Assembly (NCBI GenBank): GCA_963754875.1
Contig: CAVWHO010000007.1
Coordinates: 1-64,000, forward strand
DNA length: 64,000 bases
Reading direction: 5' to 3'
Source of the DNA: Nitrospirota bacterium
GTDB lineage: Bacteria; Nitrospirota; UBA9217
Of the stretch, positions 60,746 to 64,000 are shown piece after piece; position 1 is the first letter of the stretch; each line of letters opens with the position of its first letter. Position numbers and translations under genes: made by a program. The notes below the pieces were generated by a model. That model searched no databases and was not told the DNA's origin. It saw only the letters and a list, made by a program, of their open reading frames with translations.

Positions 60746-60857
60746 GACCTCTCAGAGTCACGTCCTTTTTCTTGATATTCCCTGTCTCAGATGCTCGCGA
60801 CGGCTTCCGCCACGCGCATCCCGCCTTCTTTTTTCTCCGGCTCGAACACAACGCATA

Positions 60858-61691
60858 TCATTTCGCGCTCTTTCCCTCTTCCTGTTTTCTGATGGTCCAG
60901 AAATCATCGGAAAGGTTCCGGTCCGAGACATAAGCGTAGGGCATGGTGAAATAGCCCTTCATCCCCCACTTCGGTCCCCAGGAATTGCGCACGATGAACC
61001 TCTTGTCCGGGTCGCTGTAGCCCACTGCCATGACCGCGTGGCCGCCGACTGTCCGCTCGCTCGGCTGCGGCATCGGCACGATCCCGGTCTTCGCCACGGC
61101 TTGCGACTCGAAACTTTCATACACCGTGAATCCGAACACGAAGGGATAGCCTTCGGCCAGGCACGTTCGCATCTCGTCGAGCGTCAGGATCCGGTGATAG
61201 GACGTGATCTGCCGGTCGGTTGCTTCGTGATAGCATGAGGCGGGCGGCTTTTTCGTGAACTTCGAGATGACGTAAGGCCAGCTCTTTTCCGTACACACGC
61301 CCTGCTTTGCCAGGGTCTTGATGCCGTCGCGGATCTGGGCGCCCGAGTCCGATCTGATGGAATGTTCGAGCACACGCTCGTTGTAATAGATGAAGAGGCG
61401 GCTCACGTCCGCGAACTTCACTCCGTTGCCTTTCTTCACGTCCTTCTTTTCCAGGAACTCGACGCAGCCTCCGAGGGCATTGGCGGTGCAGCTCCCGAGA
61501 TCGCCCTGGTCTTCGACCTTCGAGCACGTTTCACGCAGGTCTACGCGCGGAGGAAGCACGGCCGGCACGGCGCGCATTGCGCTGTAAAGATAGTCGCGGC
61601 GATCGGGTAAGTCCGGCACCCAGCCGTAATAATTAGGGACAGCGGGATGCTTTCTGACTGTGATGGCTTTCCTGGTCTTCGTTTTCGACAT
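60858..61691 (-). CDS. Papain-family (C1) cysteine peptidase
   Basis: YGWVPD, DQGDLGSCTANA, GGHAVMAVGY, VRNSWG; no signal peptide. Confidence 0.93.
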   Translation of the reverse strand: MSKTKTRKAITVRKHPAVPNYYGWVPDLPDRRDYLYSAMRAVPAVLPPRVDLRETCSKVEDQGDLGSCTANALGGCVEFLEKKDVKKGNGVKFADVSRLFIYYNERVLEHSIRSDSGAQIRDGIKTLAKQGVCTEKSWPYVISKFTKKPPASCYHEATDRQITSYHRILTLDEMRTCLAEGYPFVFGFTVYESFESQAVAKTGIVPMPQPSERTVGGHAVMAVGYSDPDKRFIVRNSWGPKWGMKGYFTMPYAYVSDRNLSDDFWTIRKQEEGKSAK

Positions 61692-61843
61692 GGACATTCT
61701 CCTTTATCTGAATTTGATCGCGCAGTATGCGAGGCAAGCCACAAGCGGGACGTTGTCGCGACCATTGCGCCGCCTGCCGTTCACCGTCGGTCCTTGCACA
61801 AAACTTTCGCTTTGCCGTATTTTCTTCTATCTTCGCTGACGCC

Positions 61844-62308
61844 TCACCACGAAATCCCCTTTGCCTTCAGGTCCCCCTGCGCTTTTTCGTTTCCCTTCCG
61901 GGCCGCTGTTTTCAGGTCCTCGACATACCTCTCCGTATTCTTTGCAAGGCAATAGGCAAAGGAACGCAAGTAATACATGTCCCCATCGTCCGGAGACAGC
62001 TCGATCGCTTTGTCCAGGTCCGGAATTGCCTGTTTGCTCTGCCCCTGGAAAATTCGGCACTTGGCGCGCAGGATATAAGCCTTGGAACGCAGTGACCGAT
62101 CGGGTTCCTTTCCGATGTAGCAATCGAGGTCCTGAATTGCCTGGCTGAATGCATCTCCCGCGTGCGTGTTTCCTGCTTCCAGGTACAACATCCCTTTTTC
62201 GAACCATACCTGGGCGCTCTGCAGGTCAGGTTCCTTGCCGAAGGCATTCGAAAAAATTAAGATAGCCAGCAGCGCAGACAATCCTGCACGACGGACCCGG
62301 ATTGGCAT
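61844..62308 (-). CDS. Exported TPR protein
   Basis: Signal peptide, AIPDLDKAIELSP, DLKTAARKG. Confidence 0.8.
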   Translation of the reverse strand: MPIRVRRAGLSALLAILIFSNAFGKEPDLQSAQVWFEKGMLYLEAGNTHAGDAFSQAIQDLDCYIGKEPDRSLRSKAYILRAKCRIFQGQSKQAIPDLDKAIELSPDDGDMYYLRSFAYCLAKNTERYVEDLKTAARKGNEKAQGDLKAKGISW

Positions 62309-62383
62309 ATTATTCCTCCTTGATTAGGTTCAACAGGCTTCTGTTGCGGCCGCATACCGTATGGTTCAGCACACGCGTTTTTC

Positions 62384-63682
62384 TCAGAGCCCAAGCACCT
62401 TCCCCATAAAGAGTATCAGGCCGGTCTGCCTTTCCCGGATGAAAAAGATAAAGGGATGATCTACGGTCAATACCACAGACGGCGAAGGAACCGAGGTCGT
62501 GCTTATTCCAATGGCTGTAGCGGCTGCGGCCTCTGTCCCGTGCTCGTCCACGGCGATGAAGGCCTGGTGAAAAACATTGCTGATATGAAGATCGCGGTTG
62601 CCGTCGATGCCGGAAAAGTCCGCAACAGGAGGATCGAATGCGTCGGCCATGCCGAGGGAGCGCAGGAGATCGCCCATGCTTGCCTCCTTGGTAAAGGTGA
62701 ATTTCGGGAGAGCAAGGTCTATTTCCTGAGCAGCCAGGTTACTGGTAATGTCGCCGAGCATTGTCGGCGTAAGCGAGGACAAAAAGGCGTCGAACGTGCC
62801 CGGGTCAGGCATGATCACGAGCATCGAAAGCTTGTCCCCGACATAGGGGATATCAACAGCCTGACTGCCGTCCACCCGGGCGTAGGACGCCGTCAAAATC
62901 TGGTGCATGAAAGGGACTGATGAAGACGTGTTGTCCTGATTGAAAAAGGACCGGTTCGCGGTGCTTGTTTCCGGGAACGGGGACGCCCAGTTTGCCTTGA
63001 ACCATACGGCGTTCGTCAGAACCACGCGGGTGTCGGATGTCACGCCGCCCTGGGGGATCAGGTTCTGGATCCTGTTGTTCGTTGTGTTTTCCACCCATGC
63101 GTTGATCGTATTCCGCGCGTTCTCGGTGTCATTGACGAAATCGACGATGTGCATGCCTGCGTCGTAATTGACTGCGAGGGTGTCCAGATAGGTTGGGAGG
63201 AGGGAGAGCCCCACCTGCCCCCAGATGGCGTTAGCGTTCTTGAGGATAGGGTACTGCTCGCCCGATGCCGTAACAGCGCCGGTTGCCTCGCTCGTGAGCA
63301 AAAGGTCGAGCTTGTTCAAAGCAGGGTTCAGGCGGTCCTGGGGAAGAAAGGACAATGCCTGTTCGATCCCGCTCAAGGTCGTGCCGCGGGCGCCCGGCGC
63401 TGCAAGGGCAAAGGCCTGGGTTATGCTATAGGGAGAAAAAACGATGTTGCTGCTTCCGCTCGGGTCGATGAGGGGGAAAACCTTGAGCGCGAAATCCGTT
63501 GTACCTGCCACAACCGCAGCAAGGTCCGCGTCACTCACCTGCGGGTTTGTGTCGCGGCTAAGGGCTGACTTCACTATCTGGTCCTGCGGCGGAGCGTCAT
63601 TTTTTGATTTGCTGCATGCGATGGCGAGACAAAGAATGAAGATGGTAAGTATTCGAGTAGTGGTGAAAGTTTTTTTGGGCAT
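62384..63682 (-). CDS. Serpin family lipoprotein
   Basis: Lipobox AIAC, NIVFSPYSI, NAVWFKANW, hinge EHGTEAAAAT, DHPFIFFI, LFMGKV. Confidence 0.93.
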   Translation of the reverse strand: MPKKTFTTTRILTIFILCLAIACSKSKNDAPPQDQIVKSALSRDTNPQVSDADLAAVVAGTTDFALKVFPLIDPSGSSNIVFSPYSITQAFALAAPGARGTTLSGIEQALSFLPQDRLNPALNKLDLLLTSEATGAVTASGEQYPILKNANAIWGQVGLSLLPTYLDTLAVNYDAGMHIVDFVNDTENARNTINAWVENTTNNRIQNLIPQGGVTSDTRVVLTNAVWFKANWASPFPETSTANRSFFNQDNTSSSVPFMHQILTASYARVDGSQAVDIPYVGDKLSMLVIMPDPGTFDAFLSSLTPTMLGDITSNLAAQEIDLALPKFTFTKEASMGDLLRSLGMADAFDPPVADFSGIDGNRDLHISNVFHQAFIAVDEHGTEAAAATAIGISTTSVPSPSVVLTVDHPFIFFIRERQTGLILFMGKVLGL

Positions 63683-64000
63683 GAACGTTCTCCTCTTACC
63701 GATTATGGGAAGTTGAAGTCTATCGGGTCAGCTCGTTACTCTTCTATAATAGAGGACAAGCGCTACCCATGCTTACGATAAAGACCCGGCACGAAAAGCT
63801 CCCTTTAAGACAGTATGAACTTACGTATTTGGCTTGTCAAGGATTTGAAGTGCGAAGAGTGAAAAGTGAAGTTTGAAGCAATAGTGGCTTTCTCAAGAGA
63901 AGGAAGCTGCTTGTCTATCTCATCTTGCCGTAGAAAGGTATGGGGAGATCAAGAAGGAAGGTTTTTACCTGAGTTCAGTTTGAGGCGGCATGTCTGTTTT

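Noticed and set aside
1..64000. tRNA, rRNA, riboswitches, CRISPR, prophage
   Set aside because: None recognised by eye; a covariance-model scan would be needed to exclude riboswitches

Overview
Bacterial chromosomal window with a GC-rich core and a visibly AT-richer accessory part from about 43 kb on. The gene content suggests an anaerobic or microaerophilic Nitrospirota/Desulfobacterota-like organism; this is inference only. 1-39.7 kb: partial CHRD gene, livKHMGF-type ABC operon, tautomerase, two isochorismatases, PAP2 phosphatase, di-haem peroxidase, B12-type radical SAM, aroK, NTase-TPM-LemA operon, AhpF/TrxB-like reductase, ECF sigma/anti-sigma pair, CoA-dehydratase activase, corA, DUF4139, a ferritin-like gene, and hsp20 / hrcA-grpE-dnaK-dnaJ with two perfect CIRCE operators. 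39.7-64 kb: lipoprotein, OMPLA, two toxin-antitoxin modules, SWIM and TIR genes, three sensor genes, a complete IS21-family element, gene remnants, papain-like protease, TPR protein and serpin. Main signals not called in the ORF track: (1) an RRE-radical SAM-SPASM gene followed by a 20-aa Cys-rich peptide (MTIKKVSKKPALTCKCKSSC) with a strong RBS and terminator, a candidate new RiPP system; (2) a 72-aa glutaredoxin-like gene with two in-frame UGA codons, each followed by a SECIS-like hairpin; (3) 35-bp inverted and 20-bp direct repeats bracketing the accessory blocks; (4) three +1 frameshifts, one of them in hrcA.
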